Source of the DNA: a virus
Lineage: Duplodnaviria > Caudoviricetes
IMG/VR virus record: IMGVR_UViG_3300035208_003131
Coordinates: 20,210 to 84,209 of that record
Direction: 5' to 3' (one strand)
DNA: 64,000 bases
Made by a program: the position numbers and the translations under genes
The notes under the pieces: generated by a model
Database searches by the model: none
What the model was told of the DNA's origin: nothing
Seen by the model: only the letters and a program-made list of their open reading frames with translations
Part shown: positions 1-9,384 of the stretch, piece by piece
How the letters are laid out: each line of letters opens with the position of its first letter
Position numbering within the stretch: position 1 is the first letter of the stretch

Positions 1-165
1 TTGAGGTATAGCTACATCTTGTATCGTAGGTTGTTTAGGTTTGGTTGATTCAAATGGCTCAACCCCACCTAGACCCAAGCTACGCAGTTGACGCTGTGCT
101 TCTTTGGCTTGACGTAATGACGCTAATGATTCAGCATCAAGCATTTGGTTTAAATTATCCGGCAT
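1..165 (-). CDS. Hypothetical protein, N-terminal part (runs off the window edge)
   Basis: Read manually: ATG at 165, AAGGAG SD at 175-180, 55 open codons (MPDNLNQMLDAESLASLRQAKEAQRQLRSLG...). Not in the ORF track. Confidence 0.75.
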   Translation of the reverse strand, partial: MPDNLNQMLDAESLASLRQAKEAQRQLRSLGLGGVEPFESTKPKQPTIQDVAIPQ

Positions 166-169
166 TGTG

Positions 170-886
170 TTATACTCCTTGTAGACATTCCTCGACTACC
201 TTCGCTCGCTTGAGCAGATCAACGATGTCACCCTCGATGTTATATAATTTAACATCTCCAATATCTACATCTTCCATGATCTTATACCAATTATCACCAG
301 TATAGAATTCAGTTAGGTATTGATCTCTAATACCATCCTTTAATCTGTTTATACCTTGAGTTTTCCACGGATGTGTCACAAAAATGGCATTATAGAAATT
401 TTTTGTATTTACTTCAGCAGTTTCTTTACATAATCCAATCAAAAACTTACAGTGATCATTAGGCTCTTTATTCAATTGACTTTGAAGATACTTCATACCA
501 CCTACAGTGATTGCATAAAAATCAATTGGACTTCTATCAGTTAACAACATTACAGGTGTAGTGTGTGTATCTTGGGTTGAAAGAAAAACTTCAGTTGAAA
601 AATCATTAAGTAATTGCATTTGAGATTTAATATACTTTTCATATATCTCATCGATTTTTGTATTAAGTTCATCAGGCGTTGCACCCTCAATAACATCACG
701 ATACGTTTGAAGAAGACCAACCGGATTAACATACGTATTCTTGTTAAACAAATAACGAATAATTCCAGTACTTGGAGAGATTCGATGTCCATTAATTGGA
801 CCTCTTACATTGCGAATGATGGTTGTTTTACCAGCACCCGATTGTCCAAAAAACCCAATAATTTTTAAATTTTTATTTCTATTCAT
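170..886 (-). CDS. AAA_28/NadR-type P-loop nucleotide kinase-like protein
   Basis: N-terminal Walker A GQSGAGKTT and a downstream LLTDRSPID motif typical of AAA_28/dNMP-kinase-like proteins. Confidence 0.6.
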   Translation of the reverse strand: MNRNKNLKIIGFFGQSGAGKTTIIRNVRGPINGHRISPSTGIIRYLFNKNTYVNPVGLLQTYRDVIEGATPDELNTKIDEIYEKYIKSQMQLLNDFSTEVFLSTQDTHTTPVMLLTDRSPIDFYAITVGGMKYLQSQLNKEPNDHCKFLIGLCKETAEVNTKNFYNAIFVTHPWKTQGINRLKDGIRDQYLTEFYTGDNWYKIMEDVDIGDVKLYNIEGDIVDLLKRAKVVEECLQGV

Positions 887-891
887 TTTTA

Positions 892-2394
892 TTACTCCTT
901 AGTGGAATTAGTGATATCAGCTGGTAGGGCTACTTTTGGTGTAGTCACCGCAGCTACCTGCTTGTCTTTTGCGGCATTAGCCTCCGACTCAATCTGTACA
1001 CGAGTTTCAGTTGCTATAGCTTCACGAGCCATTGCTAAATCTCTACCAAGCATGATAACGAAATAGCCTTGAATAATATTTGGAGATGTAATCAAACGAC
1101 CTTCAACATATGGACGATATTTATTATATGCTTCGTTCCAACGAGCAGGAATTTTATGTGATTCAATCATAGCACGAATTTTTTTAGCTGGGGTATCTTT
1201 ACCGAACGTAAGACCAGCACGGAAGCCAAGCATACTAGCTTGCATTTCTTTACGATCATCATCACTTACATAATCAGGGATTAAATGTTCAATTCCACAT
1301 ATAGATAACGCACCATAAGATGTTGAAAATAGAATATCTTCCTCACCAGTAGTTATTTCATATGCATTTCCGTCAAGTGAATCAGGAAGAGTATGAATAA
1401 CAAAATCATATCCAAAGTCACGCTCAATTGCATATGTAGGAAAAATGTTTGATTTATTCACATATGGATTTGCCCAATGATAAATATGTTTAATCTTACC
1501 ACGTTGCATTAATCCTAAAATATGTTCATTTACCTCATCAACAGAACTTAATGTAATTTCCATCTTGCGATAGTTTTCCATAATAAATTCTTCAACATTA
1601 GCGGGTATACTCACACCTTTAACAAGAACTTTTGGTTTTTCCATTGTAAGCATAGTCATGTTTTTATTATCACGTGTAAAGTTTTTATACACTGGTGAAA
1701 ATTCTGCATTCATTGCAGTTGGAATTACAGCAATTGGTTTATCTACATCAAGAACTAACGGACGAATATTTTTTGAACGTGCTTGATCCGATAAATGTCT
1801 AATCATATCTTTTAATTCGACAGTTGGGACCACTATAATATCCGCAATGTTCATGAATGTTTCCATGATTTGCATAGTTTGAATATCATGTGAACGTCCT
1901 ACAGGACCTTCCCATATGAATTCATCTAGTGCATACACAATACGAATTTTATTTTCACGTTTAACACTAAGTTGTTTAACATACGCAAATGCTTTATCTT
2001 TATCTTCAGCCTCAAGAGTCGCAATTGTTTCTTTCCAGTTAGGATCGATTTCACCAAGAAATTCAGGATGAATTTCAGATAATTTTTTAGCTGCTAAATA
2101 ATCAGTTGCATTATCAACCCAAAGGATATTAATACCTTTTAGATCTTCCATAGTCATTTTTGCTAACTTAGATGATGGAGCTGTCATATATGTAATGTCA
2201 GCTTGCTTCGTATAGAATTCAGCAAAATTTCTAAGTGCAGTTTCACCACGGAATGGACGCAAACGAGAGTTTCCATCGGTGATATATAGAATGTTAAAAA
2301 CTGGACGTTTCGATGCCAGTTCTCTTAATTCATCGGTTAATACAAAATCGGACTTTACGTCTTCTACTTCTATTTCATTAGGTTCCACAGACAT
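892..2394 (-). CDS. Divergent GT-B-fold glycosyltransferase-like protein
   Basis: IVYALDEFIW...ADIIVVPTVELKDMI...IAVIPTAMN resembles the GT4-type N-terminal lobe pattern (vyDiDD..w / AD.vtvst..L / v.viPN). The donor-binding lobe is not clearly recognisable. Confidence 0.45.
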   Translation of the reverse strand: MSVEPNEIEVEDVKSDFVLTDELRELASKRPVFNILYITDGNSRLRPFRGETALRNFAEFYTKQADITYMTAPSSKLAKMTMEDLKGINILWVDNATDYLAAKKLSEIHPEFLGEIDPNWKETIATLEAEDKDKAFAYVKQLSVKRENKIRIVYALDEFIWEGPVGRSHDIQTMQIMETFMNIADIIVVPTVELKDMIRHLSDQARSKNIRPLVLDVDKPIAVIPTAMNAEFSPVYKNFTRDNKNMTMLTMEKPKVLVKGVSIPANVEEFIMENYRKMEITLSSVDEVNEHILGLMQRGKIKHIYHWANPYVNKSNIFPTYAIERDFGYDFVIHTLPDSLDGNAYEITTGEEDILFSTSYGALSICGIEHLIPDYVSDDDRKEMQASMLGFRAGLTFGKDTPAKKIRAMIESHKIPARWNEAYNKYRPYVEGRLITSPNIIQGYFVIMLGRDLAMAREAIATETRVQIESEANAAKDKQVAAVTTPKVALPADITNSTKE

Positions 2395-2402
2395 TTATAC
2401 CT

Positions 2403-3521
2403 CTATGAGTTAATGGTTTCATCAAAAATATTGATTTGGTTCATGATAGCAGCTTTTACATCTGCTTGTAATTTTAATTTTGGAAGGTCTTCAGTATTTT
2501 GTTCCATGTAAATTTCAGACAGACTTACAGTATTCATTTTCATGATCTGATTCGCTTCTCTTTGCTCTTCAGGTTTAGATTCATCATCGACTCTATCATC
2601 ACTATATGGCATAGTCCTAATTAAGATAGGTTTTTTATTTTCAATTTTCAATCTTATTTCAAATTCTTCTTCTTTAGAATGAGTGTCACATATATGTAAA
2701 CGGACAAAACTATTTTCTAAACTTTCTATTGCATCTATATCGTCAGTATCCCATATATCTTTAAAATTGGGTGAGATAGTGTTCTCAATATATTCCATGT
2801 TCATATCTTCATCTAAAATCCATACACCATGACTTTGATCCGCATTTGCAAATGTCATTGGATATGGCGAACCTAAATATATTAATTTATCCGAACCCTT
2901 TTCAGTAATTGACTGTCCATGATAATGTCCACTAAATACATGTGCAGCTGCATTCATATATAAATTTGGATCAAGGCCGAAAGTTGATACACTCTTACCT
3001 TCCATATTAATTCCGAACATTTCAAAGTGACCAAACATTACTGTGTTATCTCGAACCTTACGTGAATTACCAGACATTTTATTTAAAAATTCAACTACCT
3101 TGGTTTCACGATCAGCTATAATCCAAGGAAATATATACCATTTTTTATTTAGGAATGTTTTAACTGTAACATTCTTACGATATACAGTTACATTTGGAAT
3201 ATCTTCAAAAAGTTCAAGTGCTGTAATATCATACGCATTTTCATGGTACATATCATGATTACCAAGAATTATATGAATATCAAAATCTTTCATCTTGGTT
3301 TGGAATAATCGTTTAGTATTGACTAATGCTTCTACATTAATCGACTGACGTGTGTCATGGATATCACCAGTAAATAAAACTGTTTTAATATTACGCTCAT
3401 TTAATTCCCCAATTAAGTAATCGAAGAACGCCAATTGACCTTCTTTAATGTTCTTTTTTATTAGGGGATGTTCCGCTTTTCTACTAAAATGCGTATCACC
3501 AATTAAGCATATCTTATCCAT
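2403..3521 (-). CDS. gp47: Mre11/SbcD-like recombination nuclease (T4 gp47)
   Basis: Metallophosphoesterase motifs GDTHF, TGDIHD, GNHD and SGHYH, followed by YLGSPY. Confidence 0.93.
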   Translation of the reverse strand: MDKICLIGDTHFSRKAEHPLIKKNIKEGQLAFFDYLIGELNERNIKTVLFTGDIHDTRQSINVEALVNTKRLFQTKMKDFDIHIILGNHDMYHENAYDITALELFEDIPNVTVYRKNVTVKTFLNKKWYIFPWIIADRETKVVEFLNKMSGNSRKVRDNTVMFGHFEMFGINMEGKSVSTFGLDPNLYMNAAAHVFSGHYHGQSITEKGSDKLIYLGSPYPMTFANADQSHGVWILDEDMNMEYIENTISPNFKDIWDTDDIDAIESLENSFVRLHICDTHSKEEEFEIRLKIENKKPILIRTMPYSDDRVDDESKPEEQREANQIMKMNTVSLSEIYMEQNTEDLPKLKLQADVKAAIMNQINIFDETINS

Positions 3522-3560
3522 GCTTAATAATGTACTATAAAAATGTTTTAAATGGTGGAT

Positions 3561-4154
3561 TTATTTAAAATCTTGTTCAATTATTTCAATCACATCTTCA
3601 TCAGTTGTAGAAGGGACATCAGGTAACGAATCAAGAATAGTATCATCATCTCTAGCTTCTTTAACAAAAGCAATCCAATCCTTTGGTGACATGGTTTTAG
3701 ATGTAGACTCATCGTCTCCCATAAGAGTAAGACCTTTCATCTCTTCTTCTTGTTTGAACTTAAGAATCATATTTGTTAATTTATCAATACTACCAGTAAC
3801 AGAATCAATAAGTTTTGCACCAGAAGCCCACATACGATCATTTGGATTTACAGATTGATCAATCTGATCTCTAAATCGATTTAATAATGAACGACTAATA
3901 TCATATACTTCAAATGCCTCAGTCTTAATGCGGATTTTATCTTGCTCAAGCTCTTCGAGATCAAATCCACTCTTAACTAAATCACTGGCTGACATTTCAT
4001 CCAACACATCCATCTGCTTGGTTTTATTAACCAATTCTTTCGTTTTTGCTTTAACCCCATCAACTAGCACCGGACGCAAATTATCTTCACTCTGTGCTGT
4101 GGATCCTTGGGGTAATCCTAATAATCTTTCAATTCCTGCGTATTTTTCTGACAT
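3561..4154 (-). CDS. Probable terminase small subunit (T4 gp16-like)
   Basis: Helix-loop-helix NPNDRMWASGAKLIDSVTGSIDKLTNM parallels the gp16 pattern (sPra.EV...liks.....kL..l). A one-mismatch late promoter (TATACACTA, 4168-4176) lies upstream. Confidence 0.5.
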   Translation of the reverse strand: MSEKYAGIERLLGLPQGSTAQSEDNLRPVLVDGVKAKTKELVNKTKQMDVLDEMSASDLVKSGFDLEELEQDKIRIKTEAFEVYDISRSLLNRFRDQIDQSVNPNDRMWASGAKLIDSVTGSIDKLTNMILKFKQEEEMKGLTLMGDDESTSKTMSPKDWIAFVKEARDDDTILDSLPDVPSTTDEDVIEIIEQDFK

Positions 4155-4229
4155 AGATAGTATATTTTAGTGTATAACCTTTAATGAATAATATATGCAA
4201 TTTAAATTGCTTAAATGGAGTTTTTTATT

Positions 4230-4688
4230 ATGGCAGTCCCTAGACCACCAATTAATATTGAAAGTAACAAAATTAAAGAACTACGTGATTGGATTAATCA
4301 GTACTTAAATGCCGAAGATACAAACGGAGAACTTGATCTTAATAGAGCACAGCGTAACATTAATTATTGTGCTGGTGATTTCTACACAAATCTTAACGGA
4401 ATTTACATGCAAGAAGAATTTAAATTACGACAACTCGAAAGTGATCTATCTAAAATTAAAGCAATACAATATGATAAAATCAAACGATTCACCGATTATG
4501 TAGTTGAATCCGCTGGTATAAAAATATTACTTGATGGAAATGAAGAAGTTCGTAAAAAACAACTTGAACTAGATAAACAAGAAGCCTATTTAGATTTCCT
4601 TGACCGATCACTCAAACAATTCAGTTTCTATTCAAATAAAGTAGAAATAATGTTAAAGGCTCGTGAAGCTCAAGAAAGATATGGATAA
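4230..4688 (+). CDS. uvsY: Recombination mediator UvsY-like protein
   Basis: Coiled-coil pattern IKILLDGNEEVRKKQLELDKQEAYLDFLDRSLKQ matches UvsY in size and pattern. Start moved to 4230 because a GGAG SD lies inside the longer ORF call. Confidence 0.65.
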   Translation: MAVPRPPINIESNKIKELRDWINQYLNAEDTNGELDLNRAQRNINYCAGDFYTNLNGIYMQEEFKLRQLESDLSKIKAIQYDKIKRFTDYVVESAGIKILLDGNEEVRKKQLELDKQEAYLDFLDRSLKQFSFYSNKVEIMLKAREAQERYG

Positions 4689-4718
4689 AAAAAAGGAGCA
4701 ATTAAGCTCCCTTTATTA
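4687..4718. terminator. Bidirectional intrinsic terminator
   Basis: GGAGC-AATTAA-GCTCC stem (4695-4710) with an A-run upstream and a T-rich tail, between the convergent uvsY and tail tube genes. Confidence 0.7.
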
Positions 4719-4719
4719 T

Positions 4720-5400
4720 TTAAAGTCCAGTTGTATAATCTTCTGGAATCTGAATTGTCCATCTATCAGCATGTAATGTAAACTTGAAGTTTGCAATATC
4801 ACCTTGCTTATAATTAAGATCAAAACCTGCAACCGAAGTTGGATATGCATTAATAAGATTCAATCTCATAATGACATCACCACGCATCCAGTTATATAGT
4901 TCAATTTTAATATTAGCATTACGAAGAACTTGTTGTGTAGGATTCTCAATATCTTTATGATTACCAAGACCAAGACGCAACCCAGTTTGATTCATTCTAT
5001 CTTTACCTTGTGAATCCACAAGAATACCTGTATTTAAACAGGCTTGTTCCCAACCTAACATTGCTTCATAACCTCTCATATCTTCCAAAAGAATACTTTC
5101 GAAATCGATATCAGTAGCTATTTGAGCGTTAACAGGATGACTAGAAGGAAACCCCATATAATGATGTTGTCCTTGATCAAGTTTAATAGTTGGAATCTGA
5201 CAACTCTTCACATGAAGTGCAAAGTTATCAGTACCATCTTCACCATTGGTGAATTGATCACCATTAGTTACTTGAATACCACTTGCTGCAAACACCTCAG
5301 AAGGTATTAATACCCTCCAACGTGTAGTTCTTACAGGATCTCTTAAGTTATCAATAGCACTTAAGAAAAATAATTTTGTTTGATTACTAAAATCGGCCAT
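4720..5400 (-). CDS. gp19: Tail tube protein (T4 gp19-like)
   Basis: RTTRWRVLIP, SCQIPTIKL and YMGFPSSHP motifs and C-terminal FKFTLHADRW; directly downstream of the sheath gene. Confidence 0.85.
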   Translation of the reverse strand: MADFSNQTKLFFLSAIDNLRDPVRTTRWRVLIPSEVFAASGIQVTNGDQFTNGEDGTDNFALHVKSCQIPTIKLDQGQHHYMGFPSSHPVNAQIATDIDFESILLEDMRGYEAMLGWEQACLNTGILVDSQGKDRMNQTGLRLGLGNHKDIENPTQQVLRNANIKIELYNWMRGDVIMRLNLINAYPTSVAGFDLNYKQGDIANFKFTLHADRWTIQIPEDYTTGL

Positions 5401-5405
5401 TTGAA

Positions 5406-8400
5406 TTAACCTCCAATTAATTGAGCACTTGCGATAGTCGCAGTGTCACCAGTTCTTTGTACAGTAGTTCTGAGAGTAATAAACTCAGCAGTTCTTGTTG
5501 GTTGTAGATAAATATCAACGATCAATTGATTAGTATCAATTATATCAGTAGTATTATTTGTTTCATCACAAACACAGATACCTTCTGTTAAACCAGCAGG
5601 ATTAGCTGATTTAATTAACTCAAGTTGTGCTTGAAGTTCAGAAGTAATTCCATTTCTTAATGCACTAGTATTCAATTGGAATACTTTACGATCTAAGAAG
5701 TTAGCGAATCTTTTATGAATACCAGCCACCAACATGATTACATTTAATCTGTTTAATGCAGTTGAACGTTTCAACATAGTCTTTTGACCATAAATGAATT
5801 GTCCTTGATCATTAACACGTGTTGGGTTAATATTTGCATCGTAAAGGCGAGCAATATCAGAAGTCGCATCATCAGCATAATTATATGAACGGCTATATTT
5901 TTGTTTACTTGAAAGTGATGCTGGTATTGCACCTGTTTCATAACCAGCAGGTGGCAACCAATAAACATTTGCAGCTCTATTAAGACTAATAATTGCCGCA
6001 ACTTCAATTGATTTTACAACTTCAACATTAAGTTTTGTGTAAACACTATCATAGAAAATTGAACGACCATCAAATAATGCACCCCAACGAGCAAGGTCAC
6101 CTTGAGAACCAATACCAACCATTTTTTTAAGTGCGTTGTTAACTTTCGCTTCATCAACACCATCAAAAATAGCAAATATATCTTTTCGTTTTTCACAAAT
6201 ACCAAGCATTACATCCATTACGTTATAGTTAATCTGTTCAAGATTTTTAACGAATAAATTACTAATTGCAGTACCAGCAGATATTAGCATATCAGCACTT
6301 GCTGTATCTTTATCAAGAAATAACTCCCAAGCAGTAGCAAGCATTGCAGAACCATTATTATTACGAGGATCATATTCCCATATTGCATCATAAACGATTG
6401 CGGGATCCTCAGCATTAAATGCAACTTGCGTAAAATCACTTGTTACCGCACCAGCATATACACTTTGAGAAAGATCAAAATTAGGATCTAAAATTGCATT
6501 CTCTAATGACATATTTTCGTTTATAACAAATTCCCAACCATTAGCTACATTATCAGCTTGTTCCTTAATATCAAGGTTAAGGTCACCAAATACATAAGGT
6601 GTGATAGTTCCACTAAAGCTATATAATTCACCAGCAAAATAATACTCTACAAATAGAAAAATTCTTGCAACAGCTTTACCAGTATCAGTTAATGTAAATA
6701 CACGATCTTGACCACCATCAAAATCAATATCTTGATAATCTTCAATAGCAAGACCAAGACTTAAAAATGTTCTACCAATTGTATCATCTAGAACTATACC
6801 AGTTGTAGTTGCATCAATTGTTTTTTCAGGTGATGTTAATAAATCCATATCACCAGGAACGGCCAACGCAGCAATGCTATTTGTATCAACAAATGATGTT
6901 GCTTCATCTTGAGTATCTTCAGGAACACTAAGACCAAATGATCCAATAATGTCTAATCTTAGGTTTTTATAACCATCACTAAGTGATACTGAATTTTTAC
7001 CATCAGTTAAATTAAGAATTGTTAATGTTCCAGTTGGAGTTGAACTCATTACAACCTCTGCACCAGCAGTTGTTTTAAGAGAGATAGTATCATTACCAAG
7101 ATCGACAGTAGCGATTTGATAAATAGTACCAGCGGTGATTCCAGTAGGAAGTGTGATTGTTCCAGATACAATATCTTCGTAATTACTAAGAATAACAGAA
7201 TCATTGACACTGAAGTTAGACGCTCCGCTTAAAGAAAGTTGAATTAAACTAGTAGTTACTAAAGAACCATCAAATGTAGTTTTTGCATTACTGCTACTTG
7301 CATATCCGATATCAACTAAAGCATCTTGAATATTTCTAAGAATTTCAGTTTGGTTAACGATTGTATTAGGTCCAGTTCCATCATCAGTCATTACAACTGC
7401 GGTAGCTGAACCGTCATTAGCAACGATTGTTAAAGTAGTTGAATTAATTTCACTAATAAGATAGTCAGTACTTATCGCTAATCCAGCAGGAAGTGTGTTA
7501 GTTTCAACTAAAGTAACAGAGTCACCAACATTAAATTTAGTAGCATCAGTTACAATCAACTCATTAGCAGCAGTTGCGAATGCAGTAGTGAATGTATCAT
7601 TTACAATATCAATTCCAATATTATCAGCACTAGTTACTACATCACCATTATCAACATCGATGAATTCCAATACGCTTTCTGTATTATCCGAATCAACCAC
7701 AGTAAACGTATCACCACTATTAGCAGGTAAAATTACATTACTACCACCTTTAATTTCAAGGTAGTCATATTTCTTAGTAGCTTTTCCAGTTGCAACAGTT
7801 TTAACATTGATATAATCAACACCACTAGTATCAGTATCTTCATTTCTAAATACAGCACCTTCAGATTCAGTTGCAGTAACCGTAGTAGTAGGAGTATATG
7901 TAAATTGAGTTGAAGTTAAATTTGTTGAAAGAACAACTACATTAGTCTCATTAAAATCAACAGTTCCTGTTATGTTCACTTCATCACCAGCGGTAAATCC
8001 ATGAGCTGATGATGTGTTAACAGTTACATCAACACCCGAAGATGTGATTGTATTAATTACAAAACGATCACCAGCACGGTTAGCCGCAGTTGGATCACTA
8101 TTCATAAGTGCGAATAACGCAACACGATCGGTTCCACCAGAAGCATCATCTTGTCCATCAGCATCAATTTCAAAATTAATGTTAGTATGTTCAGATAGTG
8201 TTTCAGTTATGGTATAAATCTCACGAGTTCCTTTACCAGCTAAACCATCAGCGATGTGACGAGTTGCGGCATAATGATCAATATTAAATGATTTACGTGC
8301 ACCATCAGAAAAATCATATTCAACTAAAAATGTATCAGTTTTCAATTCCTGATTTGTATCATAGTCATCATCATCTTTATCTTCTATGATATCTTCACCA

Positions 8401-8669
8401 TATGGACGAACGTATTCTACGTATCCACCTGCGTTGATAACAGCTCTCGCTGCATATAATCCCTGATTGAATTTTGGGTTGTTATATCCACTACCAAGAA
8501 TAGTATCTTGATCAGCAGTTGATGTAAGATCTATAATCTTATTTAACTCACCTTTAGATGAATATCCAACAACACCTGCTGTAATATTTGGATTAATTAC
8601 CAAATTAACAGCACTTGCGTCTCGCAATCTAATTCTAACGCCAGCAGCACCTTGTCCAAATATTGCCAT
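5406..8669 (-). CDS. gp18: Contractile tail sheath protein (T4 gp18-like), enlarged to 1087 aa
   Basis: N-terminal GVVGYSSKGELNK and C-terminal PPAG, LYDANINP, GQKTML..STALNRLNV and LQPTRTAEFI. The centre is expanded with beta-rich inserts. Confidence 0.93.
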   Translation of the reverse strand: MAIFGQGAAGVRIRLRDASAVNLVINPNITAGVVGYSSKGELNKIIDLTSTADQDTILGSGYNNPKFNQGLYAARAVINAGGYVEYVRPYGEDIIEDKDDDDYDTNQELKTDTFLVEYDFSDGARKSFNIDHYAATRHIADGLAGKGTREIYTITETLSEHTNINFEIDADGQDDASGGTDRVALFALMNSDPTAANRAGDRFVINTITSSGVDVTVNTSSAHGFTAGDEVNITGTVDFNETNVVVLSTNLTSTQFTYTPTTTVTATESEGAVFRNEDTDTSGVDYINVKTVATGKATKKYDYLEIKGGSNVILPANSGDTFTVVDSDNTESVLEFIDVDNGDVVTSADNIGIDIVNDTFTTAFATAANELIVTDATKFNVGDSVTLVETNTLPAGLAISTDYLISEINSTTLTIVANDGSATAVVMTDDGTGPNTIVNQTEILRNIQDALVDIGYASSSNAKTTFDGSLVTTSLIQLSLSGASNFSVNDSVILSNYEDIVSGTITLPTGITAGTIYQIATVDLGNDTISLKTTAGAEVVMSSTPTGTLTILNLTDGKNSVSLSDGYKNLRLDIIGSFGLSVPEDTQDEATSFVDTNSIAALAVPGDMDLLTSPEKTIDATTTGIVLDDTIGRTFLSLGLAIEDYQDIDFDGGQDRVFTLTDTGKAVARIFLFVEYYFAGELYSFSGTITPYVFGDLNLDIKEQADNVANGWEFVINENMSLENAILDPNFDLSQSVYAGAVTSDFTQVAFNAEDPAIVYDAIWEYDPRNNNGSAMLATAWELFLDKDTASADMLISAGTAISNLFVKNLEQINYNVMDVMLGICEKRKDIFAIFDGVDEAKVNNALKKMVGIGSQGDLARWGALFDGRSIFYDSVYTKLNVEVVKSIEVAAIISLNRAANVYWLPPAGYETGAIPASLSSKQKYSRSYNYADDATSDIARLYDANINPTRVNDQGQFIYGQKTMLKRSTALNRLNVIMLVAGIHKRFANFLDRKVFQLNTSALRNGITSELQAQLELIKSANPAGLTEGICVCDETNNTTDIIDTNQLIVDIYLQPTRTAEFITLRTTVQRTGDTATIASAQLIGG

Positions 8670-8707
8670 TATGTAACTCCTATTTTAAGCTATTTTTTCT
8701 TTACTTA

Positions 8708-8716
8708 TAGTTTATA
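8708..8716 (-). promoter_or_regulatory. Late promoter TATAAACTA (sheath/tube operon)
   Basis: Exact motif 39 nt upstream of gp18; recurs upstream of many late genes. Confidence 0.75.
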
Positions 8717-8802
8717 ACTGTGCATTTTTTATTATTTTTTTGACGATAATAAATGTCATATTATAACATGTTTATATATATGTCACAGTTGATTATAATT
8801 TT

Positions 8803-8812
8803 TGCTATATTT
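8803..8812 (+). promoter_or_regulatory. Early/middle extended -10-type promoter TGCTATATTT (dUTPase)
   Basis: The same 10-mer lies upstream of gp43 and rnh; variants lie upstream of other replication genes. Confidence 0.6.
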
Positions 8813-8841
8813 AGACTAAACCCCTTTAAATGGAGATAAAA

Positions 8842-9345
8842 ATGAAAAAACAGAATAGAATTAGAGGATTTGAATTGGTTGCTCGCTGGAAAGATAGTGA
8901 TATTGATTTCATTCCTCCAGCTCGTGGAAGTAAAAAATCAGCATGCTATGACATGTTTAATAACACAGGAGAGGACATTGTTCTCGAACCAAATGAAATT
9001 AGCGGTGCGATTGCGACCGGATATAAATCATACATGTTAGACGATGAAGTATTGAAAGCATATGTAAGATCCGGACATGGATTTTCATATTCAGTTAGAC
9101 TAGCGAATTCTACTGGAATCATTGATTCTGATTACTATGAAGAAAAACCAGTACTGAATAAAAAAGGTAAATGGGTTGAAGGTGAAATATTCATCAAACT
9201 ACATAACCAAGGAACTGAAACATTAACTATTCCAAAAGGTGAAGGAATGGCCCAAGTAATGTTTCAAAAATATTTACTTGCGGATGGTGATTCATTTGAG
9301 ATCGGTGATGATCGAACTGATGGATTTGGAAGTACTTCTAAATAA
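8842..9345 (+). CDS. dut: Trimeric dUTPase
   Basis: dUTPase motifs ACYDM, RSGHG, GIIDSDY, AQVMF and RTDGFGST. Start moved to 8842 (GGAG SD). Confidence 0.93.
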   Translation: MKKQNRIRGFELVARWKDSDIDFIPPARGSKKSACYDMFNNTGEDIVLEPNEISGAIATGYKSYMLDDEVLKAYVRSGHGFSYSVRLANSTGIIDSDYYEEKPVLNKKGKWVEGEIFIKLHNQGTETLTIPKGEGMAQVMFQKYLLADGDSFEIGDDRTDGFGSTSK

Positions 9346-9375
9346 AAAAAGCCCCTGATTGCTCAGGGGCTTTTT
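9344..9375. terminator. Bidirectional intrinsic terminator
   Basis: A7-GCCCCTGA-TTGC-TCAGGGGC-T5: a perfect 8-bp stem between convergent genes. Confidence 0.9.
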
Positions 9376-9384
9376 ATTTCTTAA

